From: Octopus sinensis
Lineage: Eukaryota
Assembly (NCBI RefSeq): GCF_006345805.1
Contig: NC_043008.1
Coordinates: 16,678,001-16,742,000 of the forward strand
Length of the DNA stretch: 64,000 bases
Direction of reading: 5' to 3'
The position numbers were made by a program, and so were the translations under genes. The first letter of the stretch is position 1; every line of letters begins with the position of its first letter. Positions 40,183-56,942 of this stretch are shown here, one piece after another. Under the pieces are notes generated by a model. The model worked only from the letters and a program-made list of their open reading frames with translations. It was not told the DNA's origin and searched no databases.

Positions 40183-42149
40183 ACCATGTCTGTATATAGA
40201 CATTTGGAACATATGTATATATCTCTATGCAGGTGCTCCTTTGAGTTTTTGAGTTTGTGTCCCTCATCTCTGCTTAATAACCAATGTTATTTTGTTCACC
40301 TACCCGTAATTTAGTGGTTTTGCCAAAAAGAAAAAAAAAAGGTAAGAAAGCCGGCAGAAGGAATATCAGGATTCAAAAGTAATATATTCGACTAAATCTT
40401 TGAAGGCGGTGCCTCAGCTAGGCTGTCGTCTAGTCATTGAAACAAGTATAAGATAAAAATGAAGGGTGTTCATTCCATGTATAGTTTCCACACTCGTTTT
40501 TTCTCGAGGAAAGATACGATAATAAAAATCTAACAAGAAACGTAATTGTTTCCTTTTAATAATTCCGAGCCGTCTCATTAATACCTCATAATATCATTCT
40601 TCTCTTACTTGAATCAAAAGATATAAGCAAATTCTTCTTATTGCAGACACAATATTGCATCTAGCACAGAAAAAATGAAACAAGATGTGGTATTTATAAA
40701 CTCTTAAGACATTTACTTTCAACCCTACGATAACTAAACTAATTGCAAATTCATGATACACTAAAAATAAAATTTATTTCTCGGGAGGTTTCGTCAATTT
40801 CTAAGCATCATTGTAAACATTTCGACACTTAGGATATATATCATTTGAATACCTGATTCCCAACAAGCATATTATATAGGAAGAGACGAAAGTAAATATA
40901 TAGATAACTGAAATAAATTATCGATTTTATGATGAGATTCTATTTCAGAATGTAGGCTACGATTTCTTGCAGGTATAAAGAACAAAAGACTTTTTTTTAA
41001 AAAAAATAAGAATAAAGATACAAAGCAATTTATGTTGAAAATATCTCAAGAGTTATGCGGCTTTCTAACTATGACTCAGATTTCGTTAAATCTCCTTAGA
41101 ATGATATGTAAATATATAAAAAAGAAATGACAAATCTTCAATGATATTAAATTGAAATGAACTTCTTTGATGTATTTCCAAGAAAGTTTTACTTGTAGAC
41201 TGCTCATTCTATGACTTCATCGAAATATAAGCATTGAGGTTTCATATTTTGTCAATAAAACAAGATGTTTTATGTTGTCTTCAGCTCCGTATCACTGACA
41301 TCTCGTTAGCTCAACGAAGCAAACTTTCAACGATGTCAGTAGTTAAGTACAATCCGTTTAAGACAATAGACCAGTGTAGTACTGATAGATGCCTTAGTTA
41401 ACAAGCAGAGAAATCAACAATTCGGAGGTTAAGGAGTCTATATGGATGTGTTGCAATGCTCACATAGTGAACAGTGAACGTAACTAATTGTCTGAATCGA
41501 ATCTGGTTCAATATTTTTCATATAACGAGATGTGTTCAATCACTCGTACCTAATATGTAACAATTCATCTTAATTTAACAGCATAAAGCTCTAATTAGGC
41601 ACAAGTAAAAATTATGCATAAAATATCTTGACTCCATGGGGTTCACGAATATAAAAATTAGTTAATTTCATTTAAAAAATTTTAGGGAAATGAATACTGC
41701 AAAATAAACTTTATTTCCTCAGTTTATAATTGGAATAATTCAACAGTATTTCTAATATTCAGGAAAAATTGTCTTTCTATATATATAATGTTATATGTAA
41801 AAATGTATATATGGATACTTAAACATAAATTTGTAAATATACATGTATACACATATGTATACAGACACACGTCAGTATATATATTTTTAAATGTGTATTT
41901 ATGTCCATGTATCGGCGTGTATGTGTGTGTGTATATGAGTGTGAGGGGATGCTGAATTGTTCCTGACTTTGGGTAGAAGTAAATACATGAGAGTCAGTTT
42001 ATTAGGATTCTATTCAACATATTTCCCCCCTCGTATCAACACACAAACTGCAGCAGTCCTTCAGTTTATCTAAGCCCTGTAAATGAACTCGGAATGCTGG
42101 TCTTACAGCCAGGACTTTTGCGATACCCTTACACCTTGGAACATCATGT

Positions 42150-43500
<1,351 letters not shown>

Positions 43501-43501
43501 T

Positions 43502-43594
43502 CTTTTTTTCTTCTTATTTTCATCCCCCAAAAGAAAAGCTCTACCTTGTAATTTGTCCCATCTGTGTGCAGCCCTGTGTGGCCAATAAAGAAAC
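43502..43594 (+). mobile_element. Second, very short Tx1-like 3' end
   Basis: 'caaaagaaaagctctaccttgtaatttgt..tctgtgtgcagccctgtg...aataaagaaac' duplicates 43111-43177. Confidence 0.8.
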
Positions 43595-43635
43595 TTATCT
43601 ATATATATATATACACACATATATATGTTTTATTA

Positions 43636-43869
43636 TTTTATTCTTTTACTCTTTCACTTGTTTCAGTCATTTAACTTTGGCCCTACTCGTGTACCCACTT
43701 TAGTCGAAGAAATCGACACCAGGACATTCTCTCTAAGCCTAGGACTTGATATACCTGTCCCTTTTCCCGAACCGCTAGATTACGGTGACGTAAATACACT
43801 AACATTGGTTGTCAAGCGATAATGTGGAGACAGACACAGACACTCAAATACATACACACACAAACGCAC

Positions 43870-43900
<31 letters not shown>

Positions 43901-43926
43901 TATAGGACGGGTTTCTTTCAGTTTCC
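43636..43926 (-). mobile_element. Family-A SINE (3' two-thirds)
   Basis: Reverse complement similarity to 26160-26427. Confidence 0.8.
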
Positions 43927-43955
43927 CTTTGTCAGTTTAACTCTACATTTTTTCT

Positions 43956-44330
43956 TTTATTATTTCCACCTTAGCGAAGTTAGAGGCATTGTTTTCAGTC
44001 GTGTTTGTTTGTTTACTTGTCCGTGGACAAGAAACCTGAAGAACCGCTAGATGGATTCTAATGAAACTTCTAGGAAGATTTGGCTGCATACCTGGCACGA
44101 ACCGTTTAGATTTTGAAATTAATCTGTTACCGGAGAAAGATTTTGGATCATTTTCCCTGTGTTCTTTTATTTAGTTTTTGAGAGCGGTCGGATTCATTTT
44201 TAGTATTCTCGCTTGTGAGAGCAGTCGAGTCTATTTCAGATTTTCTCATTTTAAAAATCATCTTTGGCTAATCGTCGAGAGGACGTTGGTTCTGCCTTGG
44301 CAGAGATTTGTGATCTCTGAGTGCTCTTGT
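43956..44330 (+). mobile_element. Helentron/HINE-like non-autonomous element
   Basis: Begins 'attatttccaccttagcgaag..gaggcattgttttc..gtttgtttg', contains 'ccgctagatggattctaatgaaactt' and ends 'ccttggcagagatttgtgatctctgagtgctcttgtt', resembling DINE/HINE-type elements (from recall). Confidence 0.5.
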
Positions 44331-44479
44331 TATTATATATTTACGTTTTACTGGTGGTATCTGCACGATAACCCTGAAGATACATTGGCTGCAGGATACC
44401 GATTTGGAAAAAACTATTGTACTTCGCATCAGTTATTCATCAAATCGATTCCCTGGCAGACTCAGAACCTTTATTATAT

Positions 44480-44873
44480 ACTCTTTTACTTGCTTCAGTC
44501 ATTTGACTGCGGCCATGCTGGAGCACCGCCTTTAATCGAGCAAATTGAACCCAGGACTTATTCTTTGTAAGCCCAGTACTTATTTTATTGGTCTCTTTTG
44601 CCGACCTGCTAAGTTACAGGGACTAAAACACACCAGCATCGGTTGTCAAACGATGTTGGTGGGACAAACACAGACACAAACACATACACACATACATATA
44701 TAGACATATATACGCCGGGCTTCTTTCAGTTTCCGTCTACCAAATCCACTCACAAGGATTTGGTCAGCCCGCGGCTATAGTAGAAGATAACTGCCCAAGC
44801 TGCCACGCAGTGGGACTGAACCTATAAAGATGTGATTGGTAAGCAAGCTATTTACCCCACAGCCACTCCTGCC
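44480..44873 (-). mobile_element. Family-A SINE, full length
   Basis: Reverse complement of 26029-26427. Confidence 0.9.
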
Positions 44874-45599
44874 ATTTTCCATTTCCTGCCATTCTAGATG
44901 CGATATCTCATGCTCTTTTCATTATTCAGTTATAGTACTTAAATTAAGAAATTGTGTTCAGTTGTTTGGAATGTCACAGTCCCCAGATTTTGAAGCACCC
45001 TGGGAATCAACTATTTCGCTTAGCATGTAACGACGGCAGTTGGTAGTCGTCACCTCGTCTCAGTATGAAATGTCTGGTTTGCATATTACATGCATTTGCT
45101 GTACATATGTTACACATGAGCTCAAGTTTGTGGTAATATTTTAAAGTCATCTTACAATGAAGAATAACAATAGCTTAAGCTTTGGCAGTAGATAATGGTA
45201 TCAAAAATAGAATATCTTGATAATAAATCTGTATTTCGAAATTTAGCGATACTTTGAAGAATGGGGGTATCAATGCCGACACAGAAAGAAATTGACTTGC
45301 AACGAGAGTTTAGCATCGAAGTAAGAAATAAAAATATTAATAGAAGCTTTCATACTCTAATTGGGAGCGACAATTTTCTTTCGACGAATAGCTTATATTA
45401 TGCATAAAAGACGTAAAAATGATAAAAACAGCCAAAAATGTCGGATCCCACTAATGAGGAGGACGCAGTTGACCTGTCAGTGCACACGCAATCGCACACA
45501 CATGTATGGTACTTAATTCGTCAACCCCATAATGATGAAAGGCTAACACTTACACGGTGGAATTTGAACACATACACACAAACACACGAACACTAGTAC

Positions 45600-45643
<44 letters not shown>

Positions 45644-45671
45644 ATACATACACATGTAAATATACATACAT

Positions 45672-45717
<46 letters not shown>

Positions 45718-45720
45718 ATA

Positions 45721-45933
45721 TGTTTGTGTCTGTGTGTGTCCCCCCCACCATCGCTTGACAACCGATGCTGGTGTATTTACGTCCCCGTCACTTAGCGGTT
45801 CGGTAAAAAGAGACCGATAGAATAAGTACTGGGCTTACAAAGAATAAGTCCCGGGGTTGATTTGCTCGACTAAAGGCGCTGCTCCAGCATGGCCGCAGTC
45901 AAATGACTGAAACAAGTAAAAGAGTAAAAGAGT
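45721..45933 (+). mobile_element. Family-A SINE 3' half
   Basis: Near-identical to 26215-26427. Confidence 0.9.
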
Positions 45934-45941
45934 AATATATA

Positions 45942-45986
<45 letters not shown>

Positions 45987-46696
45987 TATATATATACATA
46001 CATGTAGATACATGTATAAATGCCATTATTCATGCATATTTGTTGTATGTGTTGGAATGCATTAATCTACGCATGCGTATAATGCATATACAGGAAATGT
46101 TCTAGCTCTTGTTCCTGCGTTTACGTAATGTTCTGGTTTTCTGTAATTATAGAAATATCCCACAGTGCGAGCAAACTTTTGAATCAAACGATTGTGAAAA
46201 TGTGTTGTCTGTCATTAAAATTTATGTTTTTAGCATATCAGAACCCAGCCTCGAGGAGTCTGCGACAAAGCACTAAATCTGTCAGTTAACTCTATAATGG
46301 GGATTGACTGCCGCGATTTTAATGTCATATTACGTAAAGAAATATAATATCTGCGTGCAGTGTATTAGTTAAGGAAGTGTTAAAATATTTAAAGCAGATA
46401 GCATTAAAATCCGACTCCGAGAAGTTACGTGTAGTGTAAAAATAATTCATGGGTAACTTATACTCTCATATTTTTGTAGTAATTACGAGATATAGCTCTG
46501 TAGGTGTTATGATTTAATCTGATCTTATCAGCAAGGCTTAGTCTCTTACGTGATTTTCCAAAGTGCACCAAGTGAATATATAAATGATATTCCTTTAATT
46601 AGTGTATAAAACAGATATACAAAGTTTAATGTAATAGTAGTGTCTAGGTCTGAGAAAGACGGCTCCACAAGTTCTAACTGAGCAATCTGCACATAG

Positions 46697-46898
46697 TCTT
46701 TACTCTTTTACTTGTTTCAGTCATTTGACTGCGGCCATGCTGGAGCACCGCCTTTAGTCGAACAAATCTATACAAGTACTCATTCTATCGTTTCTTTTGC
46801 CGAACCACTAAGCTACGGGGACATAAACACACAAGCATCGGTTGTCAAGCGATGGTGGGGGAAAACACAGATACACAAAAATATATACATATGTATAC

Positions 46899-46930
<32 letters not shown>

Positions 46931-47069
46931 GACGGGATTCTTCTAGTTTCCGTCTACCAAATCCACTCACAAGGCTTTGGTTGGCCCGAGGCTATAGCAG
47001 AAAACACTTACCCAAGGTGCCTCGCAGTGGGACTGTAGTTGTGAAGCAAGCTTCTTGGCACACAGCCAC
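46697..47069 (-). mobile_element. Family-A SINE, near full length
   Basis: Reverse complement of the family-A sequence, with small deletions. Confidence 0.9.
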
Positions 47070-47230
47070 AGGTAGATTCAGCGTGACACAGAACGACAAG
47101 GTTGGCCCTCTGGGGTACAGGTATTATTAGTTTTTGGAAGCCGAGTGGACAGGTGCAGCGTGAAACAGAGTCTCATGCTCAATGATACAACGCGTCACTG
47201 GTAATCGAACTCAGGATCACGGAATCTGTA
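47070..47230 (-). mobile_element. Diverged CORE-type SINE with tail type X
   Basis: 'gattcagcgtgacacagaacgacaaggttggccct' (also at ~10590-10625) followed by a CORE-like and head remnant. Confidence 0.5.
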
Positions 47231-47234
47231 CCAC

Positions 47235-47410
47235 GCAGGGAAAAATGCTTAGCAACATTTCGTCTATCTTAATGTTTTGAGTTCTAACTCCACTCAGATA
47301 GACTTTCATCTCCGGGTCGATAAAATAAGTACTAGCTGAGAATGAGAGTCGATGCAATCAGCTTTTTCCTCCCCGGAATGACTGGCCTTGTACCAAAATT
47401 TGAAACCAAT
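47235..47410 (+). mobile_element. Diverged family-B SINE
   Basis: 'aaatgcttagcaacatttcgtct...ggtcgataaaataagtac...ggccttgtaccaaaatttgaaacc'. Confidence 0.65.
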
Positions 47411-50362
47411 ATTTACGGTCACTTTTAAGGAACCAGATATAAGCGTATGTTAGTGCATATTCTGTACCATTACATTAACTCTTTAACCTCTGTGATATGA
47501 ATGACATTTTCATGGAACATTATGCTTTTAAGTTTGAGTAATTTTGACGCCGTTTCTTGCATTTTGGCCCATTCCTAAAAAACTTCGAACATACACAAGG
47601 TCGCTTTATTATAACGTTATGAGTACAATTTGTGTTTTTAATCTATTAACTTCTGAGTGTGCTAAATATTTACTCACAGATACTTGTTGTTTTCCGTATG
47701 TTTCAATATGTACACAGACTTACATACTTAAAGATACCCACACACACACACTACAAACATACAAACACCATCACACAAATATACACACACACACTATCAC
47801 TGACACTCATTATTTAAGTCTGGATATAAGTAGGTATGTAGATAGGAATGTACATACGTGCGAATGTGTATGTACCCGAGTGTCAACGTTAAAGCGTCTG
47901 TTAGAGTGTGCGTGCGTGTGTTTATCTGTGACTTGGTGCACATGTATGAATTTATATATGCGTATATATATATATTGGTGTAGGAATAAGGTGGCAGAAA
48001 AAGTATTATACACTCACGAAAACAATGTTAATCGACTAATACACGCATGCTTATAAACATACACACACACACAAACAAACACACACACACCCGCACACAC
48101 ACACACGCACACACACACAAACACACACAAACACACATACATACACACAGACGACCGCTCTCTTTCGTTCTCTAACTTTCCCACCTTTTCTCCCGTACAT
48201 GCATATTTATAAAGAGAGAGACAGACAGAAAGATTTTTTTATATTATTCTAAGTGAATGTGTATGGTCAGTTATTAGAGCAGTGAAAGTCTACAACAGAT
48301 GGCGTTGATGTGTTTGTATAGCTTTTATTTAAACACACTTGTTTTCCCTGTCTGTCTTGTTCTGTTTGACTTTACTTTGCAGTTAAAATTCACTCAATTT
48401 ATTCGCTGTTGTTTTAGTCTTCGGAGAGAGACAAAGACACCTTAGCAAATATCGGATTTATCAGCAGTATTTTTTTTCCTCTTATATGTATTTACAATTC
48501 AGTTTTTTTGTAAAGTTTGCTTTGTTTATTTTTATATCCGAATGTGATATTGCATTGATGAGGAGAAATGAAAAAAGGGGAAAATAAAATTAACGTTAAA
48601 CAATATATGAGCGGTTTTATATGATTAGTGATATTAAAAGTACCTGGGGCATGAGTTTGGAATACAGTTATAACTACATATTCTTCCTCTCCGTTGTCCG
48701 CCTGAATACATAAACTGAAAATTCAGATTTAACTCATAAAACAATTTGCGTTTATTAAATACCAGTGATGTACACCAAAACTTTCCCTTCGTTCGTTTTC
48801 AATTAATCAGTGAACTAAGCTAGAGGAAGTCCCATAACTTGCTTCAAAATTTTCAACACCGAGTCAAGAATGAGAGGATTTGGGCCTCAAACTGGAAATG
48901 TGCTACGGGCACTCTGAAGAGAGAGGGGTTTGCTAAAGACACGGTTGACTAAGAATGCTTAACATGGTTATGAACGAGTCCTACAGCGTCCTTTCCGTTT
49001 ACCATATTTTAATTGTAGTAGGAAACATTTTCTCACGGAACTGTTCATTAGAATTGAACCTCTAAACAATTATTTGCAAAGTGAACTCAATAGCATTATC
49101 CGATTCCATGTTTTGTCCCATTCTTCAAGCACTGGGTGGTTATTAACTACAATGTTTCTCTAATTTTCCGCTGAAAATGCTACAACATAGATGGTTGGCG
49201 ATATAATTATGAAAACCTCGAATACCGTGTGCATAATTCTTCTATACACATGGATATCCTATATACGTGCATCTCAAGTGTACATAAACTATGTGTAATA
49301 TATATATCAAGATTTAATTTTGCCTGCTGAATTAACAGTGAGTAACTTATTAGAGAACGGGATTGAAAGAATTTCAATTCTTTTATTGCGACTGAAACAT
49401 GATATCTGTGTATCAATTACACGTGTCGAGCAAAGAAGAAACACGTAATCTTTATTAATTCTCTTTATTAACATTTAAGTAGAATTTTTACACCTGATTA
49501 CGGAGGTTGACAATGGCGCATTTCATGTCCCACTAATATTTTTTTCGCTCTTCTTTATTGTATAATCTCCAACCAGTCCTGTTAGGTTAGCTGTTGTTAG
49601 TGACAAAGTTCGTAGTATGAGATTATTTTTGTCAGTTGGGAGTTTCAGCTAATTCTAAGCAAAACGTACGTTCTAGATAAATATATTTCTGGTGAGAGGC
49701 ACATCTAGCAGAATTTAAACATCTTGAATTTAAACGTCTTGTCAACCAATATTGAATAAATTGGCTTTATTGTAATGGAAGCAGGCAGGGTCCTACTTTG
49801 TGACTTGTTTAAAATGGCGTAATAATTCGAAAGCCAATAATGCATTGAGAGCCATCATATTAAACAAATTTCAGCATTTGTATTAACGACTGATAAGTTT
49901 AGAATAAAACATGAGTGTGTATAAAAGTCAAAAGTTTATCACAATCCAACTTACTCATTAGATTGTGCCTAATAATCTACACAATAGGATCTAATTGAAA
50001 ACTCATGGAATATGAAGTAGGCTTATATTACTTGGAAAGCATGCTCTTGTTGGCAGGTTACAATGAAAGTACATTCAGCTGATGTTTTGACTCCATTAGA
50101 TTACTATACATGGCAATACTGGAAATGTATTGATTCACTCAATTAACTTAATTAGCATAATGTTCAATACACTTGTACACAGGATCATTTGCAGCCTGCT
50201 GATATCATCACAATTACGTAACCAATGTGAATATATTAGGAATGCTGAGAAAGGGGTAGAATGTTTATGTTTATAATTTTACATGTTTGATACATGTCCC
50301 TAGACATACACATCCATGCACACTCATATGAATGCACACACACACATATATATATATATATG

Positions 50363-50656
50363 GGAGGCGCAATGGCCCATTGGTTAGGGCAGCGGACTCG
50401 CGGACGTAGGATCGCCGTTTCGATTTCCACACCAGGCGTTGTGAGTGTTTATTGAGCTAAAGCTCCACGAGGATCCGGCAGGGGGTGGTGGTGATCTCTG
50501 CTGTAGTCTTTCGCCACAACTTTCTCTCAAGCTTTCTTCTGTTGGCCTGCTCGCTTAGCCAGCGGGGTGGCGTCATTTAAAAGGCTAAGACAATGCGAAA
50601 CGCATTGTGATCAGCGATGTGTAGCAACATCTGATAGCCTGGTCGGTCACGGTGAT
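50363..50656 (+). mobile_element. Family-E SINE (tail type Z)
   Basis: A box TGGCCCATTGG and B box GTTTCGATT; body as in other E copies; distinct tail ending 'ctggtcggtcacggtgatat'. Confidence 0.85.
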
Positions 50657-50698
50657 ATATACATATATATATATATGTATGTATATATATATATATAT

Positions 50699-50745
<47 letters not shown>

Positions 50746-50748
50746 ATA

Positions 50749-50812
<64 letters not shown>

Positions 50813-51557
50813 TATATATATATATACTATATAGATAATATATAGATAGATAGATAAATAGATATAGATAGGTAGAGAGAAAGAGAGAGAGAGAGGAGAG
50901 ATGTACATACGAGAACTGCTTATAGGAGAAATGCAACAACTATACGAATACCCATATATTTTCCTTTGACCCTATTTTTCTCCGGGAATAAAAAAAATAT
51001 CATACATATAATTTAAAAAACTGAAACTACATTTACCAATGCTGCTTTGAAGAGATATTGTAACAAAATTTAACAATTCGTAAAGGAATATAAGTTTAAC
51101 TCCACCCCACACTATTTGGAATAGAGTTCTTTACCTGCCAAATAATTCAACAATTTTTTTAACACAAGCCGAGCAATTATAATTCATCCTTTCTTTTTCA
51201 CCAGTCCTTCAGAATAACATTTGGCATCAAGCCCCCTTATTTAGAATAAAACGTTACCTCCCGAAGTCACTTTGAACACGGCTTAATCGATGTATCCCAT
51301 TCGATACCAATTCCAAGGAAGAGCGACACAGTCCTCACCGACAATATTTATTGCTCTGGATTGTACTAAATACAAAGGATTGTACTAAACACATGCAATA
51401 GTCAAATTGAAGTCATCTATAAAAAAAACAATCATGCGAAAAATCTGTCATGTGGAAAATCAGGTTTAAAATGTTTAAAGCAATTAGCTCTGCTGTCTCT
51501 GAAAACCTGCGCTCTAGGATTCTGTCGAAGTTTTTATTACTCTTCATTCTGCATATT

Positions 51558-51770
51558 GGTTACAAATTTTGGCAAAAGGGCTGTAAATTCAGGAAGAGGG
51601 CCTATTCGATTTCATTAAGCCCAGTCTTCAACCGGTACTCATTTTATCGACCAGGAAAGAATGAAGGGCAAAGTCGACCTCGGCAGATTTGAATTCAGAA
51701 CGTAGAAGACAGGCGAAATGCAGCTAAGCTGTTTTTACCTACCCAACTGACGATTCTGCCAGCTCACTGA
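51558..51770 (-). mobile_element. Diverged family-B SINE
   Basis: 'ggcaaagtcgacctcggcagatttgaattcagaacgtag...ctgacgattctgccagctc'. Confidence 0.75.
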
Positions 51771-52890
51771 TTTCTTCATTCTACATACTAACAATATTTC
51801 TCCTGTCGCTCTTACTCAAACACGCCACACCATCTGTCTTCCTTCATTACCCACTTCAAAGAAACACTGCGAGCGTCTTACGAAATAATAGTAATACTCA
51901 ATAAACCAACAACCAGAACTAGAACTATTCCGCGAAAAACTTCACATGACATCTTACTTGTTGAATTTCATTATAATCATGGAAATACAATATTGATAAA
52001 CTACATTGTAAATACGCGGGTTTGATTCCTAAGTCAAATATTGGTTAAATATGATACACACTTGAGAATTTCTCGCAGGTCTCGCATGGCACCAATTCAA
52101 AGCATTTCAACACATTTGTGACTAAAGATGAAAACAAAGCTAAAAGTACCCAGAAGAATTATCAACATATTATGTAAAAAATAGGGGCGTTAGAAAATGT
52201 TAATATTTGCACATCATGCATAAGGTTACGGTGACAAACGAAATAGATATGGTGTTACCTAAGTGAGAAAAACATTTTTTCAATGCTTTTTTATAAACTG
52301 GACAATGTCAGCGTAAGTTAATCATCTTCGGTGATGTCCAACTCTGCAGTAATTAGCACAAATATAGGATTAATTGACTGTTTAATTAAAAAGGATAGCA
52401 ATTGTATATTGATGTAATTACATGTGAATTTGATTATAGCCTGCTATGATTTATTCTTTGCCAGTAAATTCTACAAAAACCAAATATTAGCAAGGTTAAT
52501 ATCGCCTAGCATACGGCAATATCTCGAAGATTTAATGATCTTTCAGCTTATATATATATGTGTGTAGTGTCTCGCTCCTCATCTCTGCACTAATTGTTTT
52601 GCCTTAGTGTTTATAAAAAAGAAGCTGCATCTTTGAAACTTTACTTCTGTCGGCATCAACTTTGGAGAATATGAAGTTAAACAACACTATTAGTTTCGAA
52701 AAAAAGCATCTCGTTACGTCCTATACATAACCGGAGCTCCACCACCACAAGTCAACTAATATATAATACACACGAACACATAGAAACACATATACAAACA
52801 TGCACACATGCACATATTCATATATATGTGTATTTCTATACATATATGTGTGTATATACATTACACGTATGTCTATATATCTATATCTAC

Positions 52891-52951
<61 letters not shown>

Positions 52952-53004
52952 TTCTATCTATCTCTCTATTTATCTACCTATATATTTCTCTTTCTCTCTA
53001 ATTT

Positions 53005-53056
<52 letters not shown>

Positions 53057-53463
53057 CCATGTACATATATATCAACATAATACATACATATATGTAAGTG
53101 TGCACAAGCATATGTATGTATGTGCATGCCGTGTGAGTGTATGTGTGTATGTGTGTGTGTTGTGTGTGTATAAGTCAGGATATAAGTTACAAATATCCAC
53201 ACACGTTTGTTTGTCAGCCTATGCGTTTTGTGCAGCTGTTTTGACGGAAGATAGAAAACAACCTGTCTCAAAACATTATTGAAAAATCTTTTTTTTTTTG
53301 CAAAATTAAAAGCCACGAATTAATATTTCATGAGAGACATAAAACCGTAAGAAGGCGATATTAGACATATTATATTGTTAACATCTTTGAAATATATTAG
53401 CTACTGTGTAAAACTAATACGCTAACTTCGCTTCTTTATCGATGTCTTCATATTCATCTCTTA

Positions 53464-53521
<58 letters not shown>

Positions 53522-53902
53522 GAGAGAGAGAGACAGAGACAGAAATAGATAGATATAGATATAGATATATAGATACATGATGCAAATATATATTCATACT
53601 CAATTGTATTGGCCACTATCGATTTAGTTTTCCATTAGACACGTACCGGATGTAGCACTATATTGCTGATGTAAACATGATGAGGAACTATAGGCGTCGA
53701 CTTATATCTATAGTGCAAACATCTCTAAATATTTGCACCGTATTTATCATAATTGTATTTATTTTCATTCCCAACACATATAACAAAATAACAAACACAT
53801 ATATATATATATACATTCACACAAACATATACACATATATATATATATATATTTATATAATTAAACCTATATATATATATGTATAATATATATAATATAT
53901 AT

Positions 53903-53948
<46 letters not shown>

Positions 53949-54538
53949 TATATATTATATATGAATATATTATATATATATATGTGTGTACGTATATGTG
54001 TATGTCTGTGTGTGGACAACCATGAAAGCATTATCTAAAGGGCAAGAGTATATTTGTTACCGATGTACAATTATCATAATGTTACTAAATTCTCATCTAT
54101 TCAAAAATTAAAATGGAAAATGACATAAATATACTCAGCTGAAAAAAAATCCTAGTCAATTACAATAAATTACTATGTGTTGAAATAATTAGCTAATGTA
54201 ACTATTAAGTTATATCATTTATCTTGGACATTAATATAAATATTTTGATGTATTTTATTAAACATGGTGAGATACGCTGGGTGGAGAAGAGAAATAACGA
54301 ACTAGAAAGGGTAACGCGGTGGCCTAGATAACGTAGTGAGCAGTTAATAGTTGTAGATGATGGTAATTGTTCAGATCTCCTAATAACACCTACGTATAAT
54401 GGCAATTTTAACCAAATGTGTATCGTATTTGGTTGGCATACACAAATGGGATCTCAATCATTTTTTGAATATGAAGATCTTTGACTCCTATTTTAGTGTG
54501 GTATAACATAGCTATTCGATAACCTATATATATATATA

Positions 54539-55170
54539 TTCGGTCATCCCAGAAATAATGCGGTTTTTTCAATTGCATGAATTTAATGTCGGAGGCGGAG
54601 AAGATAAGCTACCTGCATCAACTTGCTATAAAAGCAGGTAGTAATCGTACCTTGTACTTATTCTTAGTGCAAGTTGTGTGAAGAGTGCAGTTCGCTTTTA
54701 ACAGTTATTCTTTCCAAGTTAGAATGAAAGTGACAAAAGAGCATATTCGGCATTATTTTATTCTATGAGTTCGACAAAGACAACAACGCAACGGATTGTG
54801 AGAGGAATATTAAAGCAGTATATGGTGTCAACAGTGGTTCCAAAAATTCTGAGATGGATGCAACAGCTTGGAAGACGATCCACGTCCTAGAAGATCTGCA
54901 GAACTCGAGGATGTCGTCCTGCAAACCCTGATGGAAGAAAATCCCATCGTAACTGTTGAGGAACTAGCAGAGAGGGTTGGATTTGGTCATTCGACACCTA
55001 CTTGCCATCGAAAACGTAGTAAATGTAGTAAATTGGTGGAATGATTTCCTTACAAACTTTCCCAGTCTAATCGTGCGCAGTGAATTGCTGTCACATCTCA
55101 TGAATTAACCTTTTTTGGACTGAATATTGACTGGTGACAAGAAATGGGTTTTCTTTGAAAATGCAAATTG
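54539..55170 (+). mobile_element. Decayed mariner (Hsmar1/cecropia-like) transposon 5' half
   Basis: TA + TIR-like 'ttcggtcatcccagaaataatgcggtttttt'. From ATG 54724, across frameshifts and stops: MKVTKEHIRH..LYEFDKDNNATDCERNIKAVYG..QWFQKF..SLEDDPRPRRSAELED..LMEENP..TVEELAERVG...PYKLSQSNRAQ..PFLD*ILTGDKKWVFFEN (HTH plus the start of the DDD domain). Confidence 0.9.
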
Positions 55171-56889
55171 AAATGTAAGAAGAAAATCAATGTTCAAATT
55201 ATATAGAATGGTAGAAATCACTTATATGAACTAATGGTATGTTACTATCAATGATTACATCGATAAGTACGCTCTTTAACCTTGTTTACAAGGGATTTTC
55301 AGAAATTAGAATATAAAAGAACACACTATTACAGAGTTGGCATAATTCTTTGCCTTTATCGTATGGGAATGAAATGGAGAGTATCAACCAATCTAAATTA
55401 AATTCTTTGTGATGATCTTTTAGATACCAAATTAATTTACTAAGCCCTGAACTGTTGCGTTTATTACTATCCCTAAATGTAGAGTAATGATTAGCAATAT
55501 TTTTAGATAACTGAGAAGAACTACCTGTATAAAAAATACATCGGTACCGGAAGTAATTTTACACTGGTATATAGAGTTTTTAGTCTTAGAATTACTAGAC
55601 ATAAATTTAATTGTGTTGGAATTGACTTCAGAGACAATAATCTTGTTGTTAATATTACTAGAGGAATGGTTAGAATTAGCTGAAATAATCTTCGTATTTT
55701 CAGTAATTGGATTCTTATTATACATACTAATATTTTAACGACAAATATCTCACTCATAAATTTATGAAAACCCCGTAGAGTGTAAAATGATGCGCAGTTC
55801 TTAACAATATTTGCTTTGGAAACTGATTCGAAAGGTTTCTGTTAAGTAGAGACAGTCAGGATGACAGGCTAAACTGTAAACTAGCGCCTGCAGCAAAAGC
55901 TCCGAAATACTGTATAATTGATTTTATACATAGTTTCTAATTTTCCTTACGTTTCAAGTATACTTTTATTAGGCCCCCGAGAGGACTTCATTTTAACTAT
56001 CAATGAGTTTTTGATACTTGTGTTTCAACTTTATTGAGTATATAACAAATAATTAAGGCTGTTTAAGGACAACCGCCATCGATTTTATTGTAAAGATTTT
56101 AAATGTAACGCATGGTGGAAGGAAAAAAAGCTACGAAACGAAGAAATTAAAAAAAGAAAACACGATAAAAATGTCTCCGCCAGTTCTAGAAAGAGGACAA
56201 GTAATTCATAACGATATTATTGCCAATCATGTTACGTTATTGACAGATTGTCTTTGCAGTTGTTTTTCCTGATTTTTGTTTTCCACATTGCGTTTATCGT
56301 GTTTCCAGTTTGCATTAAATATCCATTTTTTTTCTTCTCCTTTTGCTTTTGTTGTTCTTGTTTTTTGTATATATTCTTTTAAGCTTATCTATTCGAATGT
56401 AATGCATTTATTTATTGGATAAATGACAGGTAGCTTTATTTCAAATTACACCTGATTGAGCAAGAAACGATGCTGCCAACTACTATTCATCATAGTGTTT
56501 AAGTAAAACAAAGTATAGGAAACTTCCATACGATTGTTGCCGTTATTGTTGTTATCGTTGTTGTTGTTGTTGATGGAGTATTAACAACCAAAAGATAAAA
56601 ACAAGGAAATAAATGAATAAATAAATACATGGATGCAATAGAACGAAAGAATAATTAGAAAAACAAAAGAAAGGTAGGTAAAGTTATGTAATAAGCCATA
56701 TATTAAATTTCTGACAGAATGTCATGCACAATTTTGAAGTCAGAAGATAATATTTAGCGTCATAAATATCAATAACATGGAAAAGAATTGCTTCATACGT
56801 ACATTTATATATGTATGCGTGTCTGTGTGTTGCATATACCCTCGCCATATATATATGTTCATATATTTATATGTGTATGTATATATGCG

Positions 56890-56942
<53 letters not shown>

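Noticed and set aside
55432-55725. 97-aa S/N-rich ORF with a hydrophobic end, as a membrane protein
   Set aside because: The composition reflects AT-richness and there is no supporting promoter or homology; kept only as a weak alternative-frame exon candidate.
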